Origin: Eledone cirrhosa
Lineage: Eukaryota
Reading direction: 5' to 3'
DNA length: 64,000 nt
NCBI GenBank assembly: GCA_964016885.1
Contig: OZ024743.1
Span: forward strand, 16,678,001 to 16,742,000
Shown here: positions 1 through 13,599 of the stretch, piece after piece
Numbering within the stretch: position 1 is the first letter of the stretch
Layout of the letters: the number at the start of each line of letters is the position of its first letter
Program-made: the position numbers and the translations under genes
Notes under the pieces: generated by a model
What the model was told of the DNA's origin: nothing
What the model saw: only the letters and a program-made list of their open reading frames with translations
The model's database searches: none

Positions 1-1198
1 GGTCGACAAAGATATGCATACATCGAAATATCATTGGAAATGGGGATTAGTCCGCGACTATAGGAGGACCATCCCTCTCCGATGGCTACAACATATATAC
101 CATGTGACCTTTCTCCTAGGTCGACCTCAGAAAATCTGTATTTATACACCACACACCATTGCCATATTGGTCGGAAAGATTGAGCAGAAATGTGCAGGGT
201 GTCTCTTTATCCTTCTGCTTCTGATACATACCGAGGTATTCGACATCAACATCTCAGTGAGTTTCCTTCCTTGCAAAACTTATTGTTTACTTTTATATTT
301 GTGGTCTCAATGTCATCATAGGCATGCTGACCATTTCCTAAGTGTCACCTTTCTACCCATATCGATATTCAACCTTTTATTTTTCAATATAATTGAATGT
401 TTCTTCACACATAAACATTGCGCAACTGTAACAGATAACAGAGATGCAATAGTAACCTAATGAGAATTAAAGTAAAACAATTGATTCTTATGAGAAAAGT
501 AGAAAAACGTGAGATAGTGTTAGAGAGAAAGTAACGACAAAATAAATAAAAAGCCCGTGTGGTTTGTAGCGAAAAACGTGGCAATGAAATATTACGTAGT
601 AATTCATACAGCTCCAGCTCCGTTTATTTTTTATCAGAGAAGCCTATATACCTAAGGGAGTAATTGTTACACGATAGGGGTGATGAACGGAATTTTGCTA
701 AATAGAAATCGATATAAGCATTGCAGATAAGAGGATGTGTCATAAGCATATATAGATATTGTAAATTATTGAAATATTTTCTGAAAAACTTTTCAGTTAA
801 ATCGTAATATATTTGAAAAATAAACTAACAATATTATATTAATTTAACTGTTTCAAATCACGTTATTTCAAATACCGGATATGTTCGCATGTTAACAATA
901 AAATCAATCGGTGTTGGACACATATGTAAAAGGACGAAAAGGAGAAAAGTTAATTGAAAGTTGGAAAATACAGTGCTGAAGTTAATGATAAGGGTGTTAT
1001 TTGCACCATTTAATAATTAACTTAACTTATTGGGATTTCATCCTTTACATGTTACAAAATAACGGGGTGAGTGGGGGTTTCTGCACAGATTGAAGGTTAT
1101 TTATAACCGTAGACCAAACAGACGACGAGAAATAGTTTATTCTCGTTGAACGTCAACACAAACTTTCTACCTTTAATAGGTAAACACCTCCTCCCTAG

Positions 1199-1259
<61 letters not shown>

Positions 1260-2109
1260 AGTGTGTGTGTGTATGTGTGAGTGTGTGTGTGTATGTGTGT
1301 CTGTGTGTTTCTAGAGAGAGAGATAGAGAATGAGAGAGAGAGAGTGAACGACAGAGAGAGAGTGAGAAAGAGAGTGAATGTGTGACAGGGAGAAAGTGAG
1401 GGATTGGTTTTCAAAAGATGTAATCTAATGTCAGTGATAGATCCGTTTTTAAAATCAAAAATGAATTTCACAACCAAACCGCTACCAATGAAGCCAAAAG
1501 CTCATTCGGCAATGCATCAATAGAATTTTTTAACGATAATACAATCTTTAAGGCAGTAGTCAGTTTAACCAATAACGACTGCATGGCCATCCTCAAGTGA
1601 TTCATCGATGTCAAGGGGCCATCGTTTCGTGACTAGGATAAAAATAGAAATAAATGAAAACTCAACACTGATGAGAAAGTTCCGCGTACAATATCATCAA
1701 TTGTAGGATAGCAAAAACGTCACTAAATAAAGAGATACAGGAAATATAGGTTGGATAGCGCAGAAATATTTCAAGTACATACGAACGTAAATCGCTCGCC
1801 TATAACAAGGAACAATAGAACTGGCTTAAGTACGTACTGCTTCTCTTCTTACCGCAAGTAATGAAGGGAGAGTCTTGGAGAAGACTCAAGTTATGGAAAT
1901 CCTTGAACTGCCAGCATAAGGAAGAAAAATCGTGTTCGGCAATAGACTATAAATTAAACAACCAATAGTTGTAGTATATCCCGGGAGAGACTAGACAATA
2001 TCTTACACAATGAACTTGAGAGATCAAGGTTTCTTCTCGAAGTGAAGCACGATTTGTGAGCCAGAAAACAAAGTGACAATCCCTGGAAACACCTCTCCCC
2101 ATGTGCTCT

Positions 2110-2247
2110 AAAGAAGGCCAAGATCATTTGATCTGCAGTGATTATGACGGTTTTAACCAATAGGATGAAGGTTTTTTTCACAAATGACATCCAAGCACTG
2201 AAACGCCGAGGAAAGGACCATGTGAACAACAAGGGTTTGACGGCATT
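2110..2247 (+). mobile_element. mariner-like transposase C-terminal remnant
   Basis: Translation ...[21 protein letters not shown] resembles the mariner C-terminal FF..GI..L..RW.KC....G.Y motif; heavily degraded. Confidence 0.4.
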
Positions 2248-2292
2248 CTACAACTACACCCACACACACACATATATATATATATATATACA

Positions 2293-2376
<84 letters not shown>

Positions 2377-2615
2377 ATTATATTAAGGGTTGTCATGTTC
2401 CATGTATTTATTTTATTTTATATATATATATGTCAACAGAATGTGGAGAGGTGACATACAACTTGTTACATATAAGAAATAGTAAAAAAGAAAACAAATA
2501 GTAGAAAATACTAAAAGGACATTCTCTCAGACTGACATCAACACATTTATTTACAAAATAGTAATATTTGCATTAATTGTGCCGCTTTCAGCTTATATGC
2601 GAATACGGGGAAAAT

Positions 2616-2707
<92 letters not shown>

Positions 2708-2716
2708 GTATATATG

Positions 2717-2762
<46 letters not shown>

Positions 2763-2905
2763 CATATATATATATATATGTATATATGTACACACACACA
2801 TATATATATATGTGCATGGGCGTGTATGTGGAAGTGTATGTGTTTCTGTATAATTAAAAAGAATTGATGTAAGTGCGATTCTATATATTTCCATACCAAA
2901 TATTG

Positions 2906-3122
2906 TTTTTTTATATAGGCACAAGGCCAGTGATTTTAGGGGAGGGGAAAGTCGATTAAATCGACCCCAGTCCGTGACTGGTACTTTATTTTATCGACCC
3001 TATGAGGATGAAAGGCAAAGTTAACCTCGGCGCGATTTGAACTCAGATCATAAAGGGCCGTAACTATTTGCCGCAAAGCATGGCGTTCGACTCTCTACCG
3101 ATACTGCCAATCCACCGCCCTC
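2906..3122 (-). mobile_element. tRNA-derived SINE (octopus-type), full length with 18-bp target-site duplication
   Basis: Minus strand: A-box-like TGGCAGTATCGG, B-box-like GAGTTCAAATC, body GAGGTTAACTTTGCCTTTCATCC...GGGTCGATAAAATAAAGTACCAG; flanking direct repeat TTTCCATACCAAATATTG at 2888-2905 and 3123-3140. Confidence 0.9.
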
Positions 3123-3314
3123 TTTCCATACCAAATATTGACAACAATGTTCCATCTCTTCGATCCTCTGTCAACGAGTGTTTCCTATAAGATTTAAATG
3201 AGTACATCATTTTAAATTATGTCCCGGATATACAATATTTGCACGCTAAAGAACGTATCCTGTATCATTATTTCAAAAAATGTTGCGCTAAAGTTAATTA
3301 ATGAATATATATAC

Positions 3315-3365
<51 letters not shown>

Positions 3366-3372
<7 letters not shown>

Positions 3373-3550
3373 AAAAAGAGATGAAATCGAAAATGCAACT
3401 GGAGTCTTATTTTTTTTTTTTTATATATATATATATTTCTTAAAAATAAGACTCCAGTTGCATTTTCGATTTCATCTCTTTTTCTTTATACTTTCACTCG
3501 TGTAGGACACCTCGGTTATTTTTCATTTGTAAAAAAACCCTCACTCTCTA

Positions 3551-3551
<1 letters not shown>
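3366..3551. repeat. small fold-back element (about 50-bp arms plus one-sided tail) in (TA)n
   Basis: 3366-3415 is the reverse complement of 3442-3490; unique tail 3491-3551 followed by (TA)n. Confidence 0.8.
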
Positions 3552-3591
<40 letters not shown>

Positions 3592-3606
3592 TATATACAC
3601 ACACAT

Positions 3607-3651
<45 letters not shown>

Positions 3652-3657
<6 letters not shown>

Positions 3658-4297
3658 AAAGAATAGAGGTGTAACACGCAAGTTATTATATAATGGTAAA
3701 CGGAATAGAAAATGCTGACGAATTGTTCACAGTTGAAAAAAAGTATAATTAGGAATAAAAGAGTATTAGTCATTGTATGGGTTAGTATTCAGTTGTGGTT
3801 TTAAGTTTTTAAGTTTTTACCGGTTGCGCATTTCTAAATGCTTTTCAAAAATAATTTTGAGATAGAGTGTCCGTGTTGTTTGCTCTGATCTGATTAGTTT
3901 TGGGAATTCTACCTGTTTTTATGTTAAAAAGGTGGCTCCAGCGTTACTTTGGTGTTGCAAAAATTATTGTGGTCAAAACAATTTTGATTGGTCGGTAGAT
4001 CATGTGAATGTAAAAAATTGATTTTGCGCCAAGACTGTTTTTATGTTAAAAAAGTGGCACCAGCGCTACTTGGTGTTGCAACAATTCTTGTGGTCAAAAC
4101 AATTTTGATTGGTCGGTAGAGGTCATGTAAATGTAAAAAATTGATTTTGCGCCAAGACTGAGGAATGACTCTTTCACAACAAATATGTGTGTGTGTGTGT
4201 GTAGTAGTAGTAGTAAAGTGTTCGATGTTGTGATAATGGTTAGCAGGGATGTGTGTGCGGACCGCAGCCTGTTGACAGTTGAAATGGCTATTAAGAT

Positions 4298-4364
<67 letters not shown>

Positions 4365-4502
4365 CCAGTATTTTTTCCCCTGGTAAAATGGTGTACATTA
4401 TTCGATATTTTCAGTAAAATCGGTTCTCTTAATAGAACATCAAAAACCTTAACAATAAAAGGTATGAAATGATATTCACTATATATATATATATACATAT
4501 AT

Positions 4503-4530
<28 letters not shown>
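3652..4530 (-). repeat. inverted copy of the Naiad-like PLE 3' UTR/pseudo-LTR (left arm, with terminal tail)
   Basis: Reverse complement of about 7680-8752 lacking about 7850-8110; tail 3652-3690 matches the reverse complement of 49215-49253. Confidence 0.9.
3815..3851 (-). ncRNA. minimal type I hammerhead ribozyme variant (UUGAAAA / GCAA core)
   Basis: Reverse complement reads TTT-TTGAAAA-GCATTTAGAAATGC-GCAA-CCGG-TA-AAA. Confidence 0.6.
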
Positions 4531-4539
<9 letters not shown>

Positions 4540-4542
<3 letters not shown>

Positions 4543-6640
4543 AAAGCATATTTTATTATATTTTATCATACATTGAGTAATCTCCGACGTCGGTTGACTC
4601 CATCCAATGTGACTACCTAGTAACATTGGACTACAGATTTATTAATTCTTCACACACCTTTACAGTCGAGTAACCTATTAACCCACGTCTCTGAAATGGA
4701 AAAACATCATTGTGGTATATCCTTAAAAAACATACCCGTTCAGGGTAAACAATAATACATTCTTGGTCTGATACAAAGGACCAACGAATTTATTAGGCGG
4801 ATTAGATGGAAGGCCTTTCACTTCCATAGGCATAGGATTACACAAACTTCCAACACCAACAACGATAAGTTTGGTTTCAAATCCTACAAAAACCCACCCT
4901 CTAACCCTCTTCTAGATTCTTTCGAGCAAGACTTAATGAAAATGATAACCGGAATCAAATTTGCAAACGGAAGGAAAACGAATTGCAACGGGAGATTAAA
5001 ACTCTACTCGGCAACTTAAGAAATACCAAAGGAATTATTATAAAGGCAGACAAAACATCGAATTTATATACCCTAGATGTAGAAACATATAATAATTTTA
5101 TATGTAAGGAATTACATACGAAGTACAAAAAAACAAATGCAACTACACTAAACAACATTAATAACGCAGCATGTGATATTGTTAAGAAACTGAAAATCGA
5201 CGACAGAACGGAACCCCTATCCTCGTAACACCGACCTTCAATTTGAAGGACCATAAGGCTAACTTCGACACTAACCCTAAAATTAGATTGATATGTCCTT
5301 CAAAATCTGATATAGGTAGAATCAGTAAGTACATATTAGATCGTATTATCCCTCAAGTTAAGGCTAAGGTAAATATTAAATTATGGGGTAATAGTCAACA
5401 GGCAATACGTTGGTTCAATAACATCAGTGACAAAAACAAATCTTCTTTTATTCAATTCGATATAGATGAATACTATTCCTCTATTTCACCTGAAATTCTG
5501 CATAAGGCCCTCTCATTCGCTAAGGTTAACTCGGACCTCACAAACGAGGATATTAATATTATACTTGAAATAGACGCACAGTAGTCCATTTTGAAAATAG
5601 TTATTGGGTCCGCAGGGATAGACCCTCGGAATTTGACATTACGATGGGTTCTAATGATTCGGCGGAAGTTACGGATTTGGCTCACAGACAGCAGAGCGAA
5701 TTTATTGACCTCCACGGCGGAATCTACCGTGATGATGCACTCCTATTAGTCAAAAATATGAACAAACAAAACCTAGAAAGGCGACGTAAAAACATTAGGA
5801 AACTTTTCTTAGAACTAGGACTTAATATTACCTTCGAACACAATCTTAAAGTGGTCAATTTCTTGGATGTCACCTTCAACCTTAATAACGGTAATATAAA
5901 GCCATTTCACAAACTTAATGACAATCTCAAATACGTTAATGTAAGATCGAACCATCCCCATTCCATTATTAAATCTATCCCTAAAAATATATCCATAAGG
6001 ATGTCCAGACTATCGTCTAATTTGCAGACCTTCAACGAGCATGATGAGTATTATAACGACGCACTTACAAAAGCTGGTAACTGCGAGAAAATAGAATATC
6101 TAGAAGATAACCACATAGGTACTATGAATAAATCACATCTCAGTCGAACTAGTATTGCACCACACACACACATTAATAGGCATAATAATAGGTGCAAACC
6201 AACAAATAGAGTTAGACGTAGAGAGTACATATGGTATAACCCCGTGTACAATATTTCTATTAGCACTAAGATTATCTCACAATTCTATACACTGATCAAT
6301 AAACACTTTACAACTTCACATAAATACTATAAAATCTTAAACTCGCGCACCATTAGACTCTCATACTCCACTGCACCTAACATAGAACAACTAATTAAAA
6401 AACTCAACTCAACAATACTAAATAAGTACATCCCTAATGACACAGCGCACCAGCATAGCGACATACAACGCACTAACACTCAGCTGCAACCCCACCAAAC
6501 TATCCAGGATACTACTGCAAAACATACAAATAACTGTAACTGCACTAAACCAGGTCCGTGCCCATTAAATAACCAATGCCTAACACGCAATATTGTCTAC
6601 CGATGTACAATAAATTCCGGACCAACAAATGGTATTACGT
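4540..6640 (+). mobile_element. Penelope-like element, Hydra-clade-like RT (disrupted ORF from ATG 4696, truncated at the start of GIY-YIG)
   Basis: LKNIP..FIRRIRWKAF, IIKADKTSNLY, IQFDIDEYYSSI, MGSNDSAEV, IYRDDAL, NFLDVTF, IWYNP, RLSYS, CNC-x5-CPL..CL..NIVY; stops and frameshifts present. Clade assigned from remembered motifs. Confidence 0.85.
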
Positions 6641-7933
6641 CAAAAAATAACAAACAATAGAAACAGGCATATACTACAAGCCCACAGACTCCAAGCAATA
6701 TCTTCCTTTCAACTCTTGCCACCCTAGACACGTTAAAATGAATATTCCCTACAACTTAGCCAAGAGAATCTGTACTATAGTCTCCAATAAAAACACCTGC
6801 TACTTACGGCTACAAGAACTAAAGGACACACTCATAGGCAGGGAGTACCCTGCATCACTAATTGACAATGGAATCCAACGTGCCCTAAAACTCAGTACCC
6901 AGGACCTTAGACACCCTAAAGTAAATCAACCGAAACTAAAAGCTCTTCCATACATCTCCACACACAACCCCCTCAACAATGAGGCCTTTGACACCATCCT
7001 CCAGAACATCCCTGTGTTGAAAAAGGACCATAGAATGAACCAAAACCTACGAACACACGATATCATAAAGAGCAAAAGACAATCCAAGTCAATGAAAAAC
7101 ATCCTAACACATGCCAAAGTACTGCCAACCACAACAACGAAACCCACAGAAAAAAATACGATAGACCCAACTGTGGCATTTGCATCAACCTAATAGAGGG
7201 TTCGGAATTCTATTTCAAAGAAGGACAACGTTTTATAGTAAAACAGAATTTCACATGTGCATCGGAAAATCTAATATATGTATTAACTTGCTCAGGTTGT
7301 CGAGAACAATACATAGGCCAGACCAAAAACAGCCTCCGCCAACGCATGACTGTCCATAGATCCCAAATTAAAATACGGGAATACAGGAAAATACCACTGA
7401 GTGAACACATTGATACCTGTGCCGCCCAAAATCATCCCAACTTCAGAATCTTTCCCTTCTACAAATTTAAAGATAATGCCACCCACACCCAGCGCATCAG
7501 CAAGGAATCTTACTTTATTAACAAATACGGACCCCGTCTAAACACTTCTGCCTAAGACGAACCCACAACATACACACATCAACATACATACCTACATCAG
7601 CAAACATCTCTACCCACATATAAACACAATGACATACGTAAACACACATGCTCTATGGTGCAACACAAAAAAATATATGTGTATATATATATATATATAG
7701 TGAATATATGTATATATATATATATATATAGTGAATATCATTTCACGCCTTTTATTGTTAAGATTTTTGATGTTCTAATAAGAGAACCGATTTTACTGAA
7801 AATATCGAATAATGTACACCATTTTACTAGGGGAAAAACATACTGGTCCACCCACCCACACACACACATTCTCACACACACACACATTCTCACACACACA
7901 CATACACACGCGTACATTAACATACAAAGAGAC

Positions 7934-7995
<62 letters not shown>

Positions 7996-8282
7996 CTCCG
8001 TATAAGACAAAAGCTGAAAAATATCTTTTGACATGCTAAAATACCCCCCACTGCTTACAGACACATTCCTACTAACCGCCCACTACCACGAATTACTCTG
8101 CTCTATACACTCACACACACACACACACACTTATCTTAATAGCCATTTGAACTGTCAACAGGCTGCGGCGCACACACATCCCTGCTAAACATTATCACAA
8201 CATCGAACACTTTACTACTGCTACACACACACACACACACACACACGCGCACACATATTTGTTGTGAAAGAGTCATTCCTCA

Positions 8283-8530
8283 GTCTTGGCGCAAAATCAA
8301 TTTTTTACATTCACATGACCTCTCCCGACCAATCAAAATTGTTTTGACCACAAGAATTGTTGCAACACCAAGTAGCGCTGGATCCACTTTTTTTTAACAT
8401 AAAAACAGTCTTGGCGCAAAATCAATTTTTTACATTCACATGACATCTACCGACCGATCAAAATTGTTTTGACCACAATAATTTTTGCAACACCAAAATT
8501 ACGCTGGAGCCACCTTTTTAACATAAAAAC
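8283..8530 (+). repeat. about 125-bp tandem duplication inside the PLE 3' UTR
   Basis: GTCTTGGCGCAAAATCAATTTTTTACATTCACATGAC... occurs at about 8283 and 8408; mirrored in the left arm at 3915-4160. Confidence 0.85.
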
Positions 8531-8593
8531 AGGTAGAATTCCCAAAACTAATCAGATCAGAGCAAACAACAGGGACACACTATCTCAAAATTA

Positions 8594-8630
8594 TTTTTGA
8601 AAAGCATTTAGAAATGCGCAACCGGTAAAA
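8594..8630 (+). ncRNA. minimal type I hammerhead ribozyme variant (UUGAAAA / GCAA core)
   Basis: TTT-TTGAAAA-GCATTT(AG)AAATGC-GCAA-CCGG-TA-AAA; stem II hairpin, palindromic stem III, GUA site; sense to the PLE ORF. Confidence 0.65.
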
Positions 8631-8749
8631 ACTTAAAAACTTAAAACCACAACTGAATACTAGCCCATACAATTACTAATACTCTTTTATTCCTAATTAA
8701 ACTATTTTTCAACTGTGAACAATTTGTCAGCATTTTCTATTCCGTTTAG

Positions 8750-8793
<44 letters not shown>

Positions 8794-9064
8794 TAAAATA
8801 ACAGATTAAAGTTTAAGCAAAGAATATATATATATATATTTAAGCATATATATATATATTTATTGTATTTGTTTGATTTGGTGTGTGCCTTTTACAAATC
8901 ATTACTGTTTACATTTTTAGGTCTATGTAATTTATTTCTTGTTTGATAGTTTTTTTATTTTATTTGCTGTCGGTGGGCTTGTTTGACCAAGAGCAACATT
9001 TGCTTATCCCATATCCTCATAATTTATTTTATTTCAGATATATGAAGAATGAACAAATGAAAAA

Positions 9065-9106
<42 letters not shown>

Positions 9107-9110
<4 letters not shown>

Positions 9111-9568
9111 ATGTATATATAATGTATTTTGCAATACTTTTTATGCATAATTAAAAGCATTTTGAAGACCGTATTGTTTTAAAGTAATGACAAATTCACT
9201 CACTTTGATCTCAGCAAACAGGGGAGATAAGCCGACAAGACTTGTTTCGCTTTGGTTGAAGCTTATCAAGGCCAACTACCCCACCTGCTTGCTGAGATCA
9301 TTGATGTTATATTCTTATAGAAATCTAGTAAATAATCCGGAGCTGATTATGCAGAGCGGTTGTTGGCCTTGATAAGCTTCAACCAAAGCGAAACAAGTCT
9401 TGTCGGCTTATCTCCCCTGTTTGCTGAGATCAAAGTGAGTGAATTTGTCACTACTTTAAAACAATAGCTTACGGTCTTCAAAATGCTTTTAATTAAGCAT
9501 AAAGTGTATTGCAAAATACATTATTTATACATCCATATATATATTGCTATTTCACAGCTCCAATTCTA

Positions 9569-9570
<2 letters not shown>
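9107..9570. mobile_element. fold-back element with HHR in both arms (PLE pseudo-LTR derivative)
   Basis: 9107-9276 is the reverse complement of 9362-9538; 85-nt loop; tail to about 9570; (TA)n on both sides. Confidence 0.85.
9365..9408 (+). ncRNA. type I hammerhead ribozyme, U3-A8 variant (mirror copy 9230-9273 on minus strand)
   Basis: GGCC-TTGATAA-GCTT(CAACCA)AAGC-GAAA-CAAG(T)CTTG-TC-GGCT. Confidence 0.8.
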
Positions 9571-9611
<41 letters not shown>

Positions 9612-11110
9612 TAACCACACGAGCACATTCACTCAAACAAACATACGCGCAAGCACACACATACCCATACACATACAAACACACTCACACACACAGAAAC
9701 ACACTCTTTCTCACACACACACACACAAACATATATATATATATATATACATACAACTCTATAAAAAATGTTTCCCAGTTGTACTTCAATAAATATCTAT
9801 TGAAAATCAGAATATATTATACATTTATGCAACGGAATTCTGCCTTTTACCAATAACAAATTTAATACAATTTTGATAGACAAGTTTTGCTGACATTTGG
9901 ATTGCATTTCCATTCGTGTATCAGGCCTGCTTTGAAATATATGTGTATATTTCATACCTGAATGTTACTTTCCCAGTGGCAATCGTCTGCAGTTTACCGT
10001 CCTCTTTCGAGTAGCAAAACGTTTATTCCATGCACCACGGATTCTGACGAATGTGTTAATGACTGCTTTACAGAAAATATTGAAACTGATGCTAGTGTCA
10101 AAAAGTACTAATTTGAAATATCTAGATTGTGTTTTCTATGTATATTATATCCTGTAAATATCTGCTTCAAATATTATGCTGCATTTTACTTTTGAGCTGT
10201 TAAAGTTATAGAATTTCTTGTACAGCCTGACGTTTACTAATTGGATGTTTATCATCTTAATATACACCTACAGTTGATTTTATTCAACTTTCGCTGATGT
10301 GTTTGTCTTCAATTCAGATGTAAGTTTTAATAAGCTGATTCTACATCAGATTTAGTTACACTTGTTAACATTGATTCGATTGCATTTAATAAGACCAGAT
10401 GACCGAGATGTGTGAGGACAATACGCCACAATATTCCTTGGTAAAATCGACAATAGGAGAAGATCAATCAATTCGGAGAAGTAACGGCTCTATATGTAGC
10501 GGCTCCCTGATCTCCGAGCTACACCTTCTATCCAGTAACATTACTCCTAAAACTATTCAGAAGAATCCCATTACGGCCACTTATATTCGTCACATTATTT
10601 CTGTAATTACAGAAGTTTCATGAGGGTTGACACGAATACCGGTTTGAATATAGCGCGTTTGGCATTTACACCTACATCCCTTGCTAATGGCAGAATATTG
10701 AAACTATACGAGATATTGGAATTGATTTAGTTAATTTAAAATCTCTCTTTCAGTCATTCACGAACATCTCCACCTGCTTCAGTGGAGCTCCACGCATATA
10801 GATCGCACTGCGCAGGCTTGACTGTCTCTATACTTGCAGCACTTATTCTCATCCCCACCCACCAGCACCCGACAACAGACATAACATGACATCTCGCCAG
10901 AGCGGTTCTAATAGAAAATCTGTCGTAGGTTGCGCATATAGACACCAGATATGATGGGTAGTTTTGATATATGTGGGCTCCTGCCAGACGAATAAAAAAC
11001 ACCGCTCAAACAACGGTAAAACACTAAGCGAGATGGAGCAAAGGGTGACATTGATAGCTCGTACGAGAACCCCACCAACACATGTATGTAGCTACAACGA
11101 GGGTCCAGAA

Positions 11111-11164
<54 letters not shown>

Positions 11165-11881
11165 CACTTACGCAGTATATGAATTGTGAATATGAAAATC
11201 ATTTGGAAATCCATATTTTTAATTGTGCATCTCTGTAATTTCCTTAGTCATATCCTCACCGTAGCTTGAGAGCTGAGTATGTGTGTTGTAAAAATTATTG
11301 ATATGTGTGGTTAATATTTTACAAATATATTTCTATGAGGCTCTCCGCTCGAATATATTTATTTTCTTCTACAGAAAATTTAACTCAATGAACCAAAAGG
11401 ATGGCATTACTTTAGAAAGGTATGTTACCACGTTTCTAATATTGTTATTAGGCCGAAAAACCCACCTTGCAATATATACACAAAATATTTCGTCTAAATT
11501 CTTCGCAAAGCGGAAATATACAAAACATATTTAATGTGTTTTTGAGGCTGGGTTAATATTAGCCATGCTTCTATAGGGGTTATTGAATTTTTGCTACAAT
11601 ATTCACTGTACTTTTGAGTTATAGCGAAAGCACAACGTATAAAGTATACACAGGCTACAATATCTTGTAATTGGAAATCACGAAAAAATGAACATTATAT
11701 ATATATATATACATAAAAACAAAACAAACAAAACTCTTACTTTAGTTCAGAAATAGCCGTCGAAACGGCTTGAGCTCTGCCGTCGGCGTCATACTTTCTC
11801 CTATTACCCACTCTACTACCCTAAGTATTGAGTACTCTGGTAAGTTATGGTCCATCTGGTTCCTTACCACAACTCCTCCGT

Positions 11882-11951
<70 letters not shown>

Positions 11952-11957
11952 TTATTA

Positions 11958-12005
<48 letters not shown>

Positions 12006-12279
12006 GTACGTATGTATGTATAAATGGAAGAAATAGCACAATGAATTCATTCCATGAAAATACGATAGACAAAAGAAGGTGGTGTATAATAAAGGAAAGG
12101 ATGAAACGTGATAGTAAACGAGTTGCTAATGCTTTTGCAACTCCATCCAGTAAATTAATGCATCGATACATGCTTTTATACAGGCAAAGCATTGATTATA
12201 AAAATTATATGATAGCATTCTATATGTAAGTGGACTCCCTTCATCTCCTGGCACTGATATATATATATATATATGCTTG

Positions 12280-12324
<45 letters not shown>

Positions 12325-12384
12325 GGTGGGGAATGGTTAAAGCGTCCGTAAGCGGTAGGCCGTTTGATCACTCGATGCTCTTAC

Positions 12385-13303
<919 letters not shown>

Positions 13304-13599
13304 TATATATATTTCTGTCACCTACAAGTTTTGTATGAGGAATTATAATACAAAACTACATTGTATGCTAAGTAGCAATGTATGTCCATGTCTTAGTTCA
13401 TTATCTTACCTATAATTCTATTAATATCATTTAAAATAGATATCTGGATTAGTGATACATCTTCTCAAATTGGAAATGTTAGAGCTTAAATGGTGAGAAA
13501 AGATGTACATATACTATTGTCAATATTTCAATAATAGAGGTCTGCTTTAGGCATTTATTCACAAGCAGTAGAATAGTGAAATAATTCACTATTCACTTC

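Larger units (their letters stand above)
6640..8752 (+). mobile_element. Penelope-like element, Naiad-like 3' part: RT thumb, GIY-YIG endonuclease (stop 7555), 3' UTR/pseudo-LTR
   Basis: IYYKPTDSKQYLPFNSCHP, NIPYNLAKRICTIVS, RPNCGIC, TCASENLIYVLTCSGCREQYIGQT, RQRMTVH; frameshift near 7155; ends in (TA)n. Confidence 0.9.

Noticed and set aside
14-460. 148-aa ORF; weak minus-strand SHG.YV resemblance to a helicase motif
   Set aside because: No convincing domain motifs in any frame
1118-1170. CAGACGA-CGAGAA...TTCTCG hairpin resembling an HHR
   Set aside because: Core is mutated, with no GAAA and no stem I
2906-3122. tRNA gene
   Set aside because: A/B boxes belong to a multi-copy SINE head; no complete cloverleaf
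1199-3773. Many [12 protein letters not shown] ORFs here and throughout the window
   Set aside because: Translations of (TA)n, (CA)n and (GA)n microsatellites, which lack stop codons
8310-8350. SECIS-like AUGA...AA...GA in the Naiad 3' UTR (some Naiads are reported to encode selenoproteins)
   Set aside because: Spacing is too short, pairing is poor, and no in-frame UGA was seen in the retained ORF
8283-8530. CRISPR-like repeats
   Set aside because: Simple tandem duplication without unique spacers, in eukaryotic context
11750-11775. AGCCGTCGAAACGGCT hairpin containing GAAAC
   Set aside because: No CUGANGA core upstream; simple hairpin only
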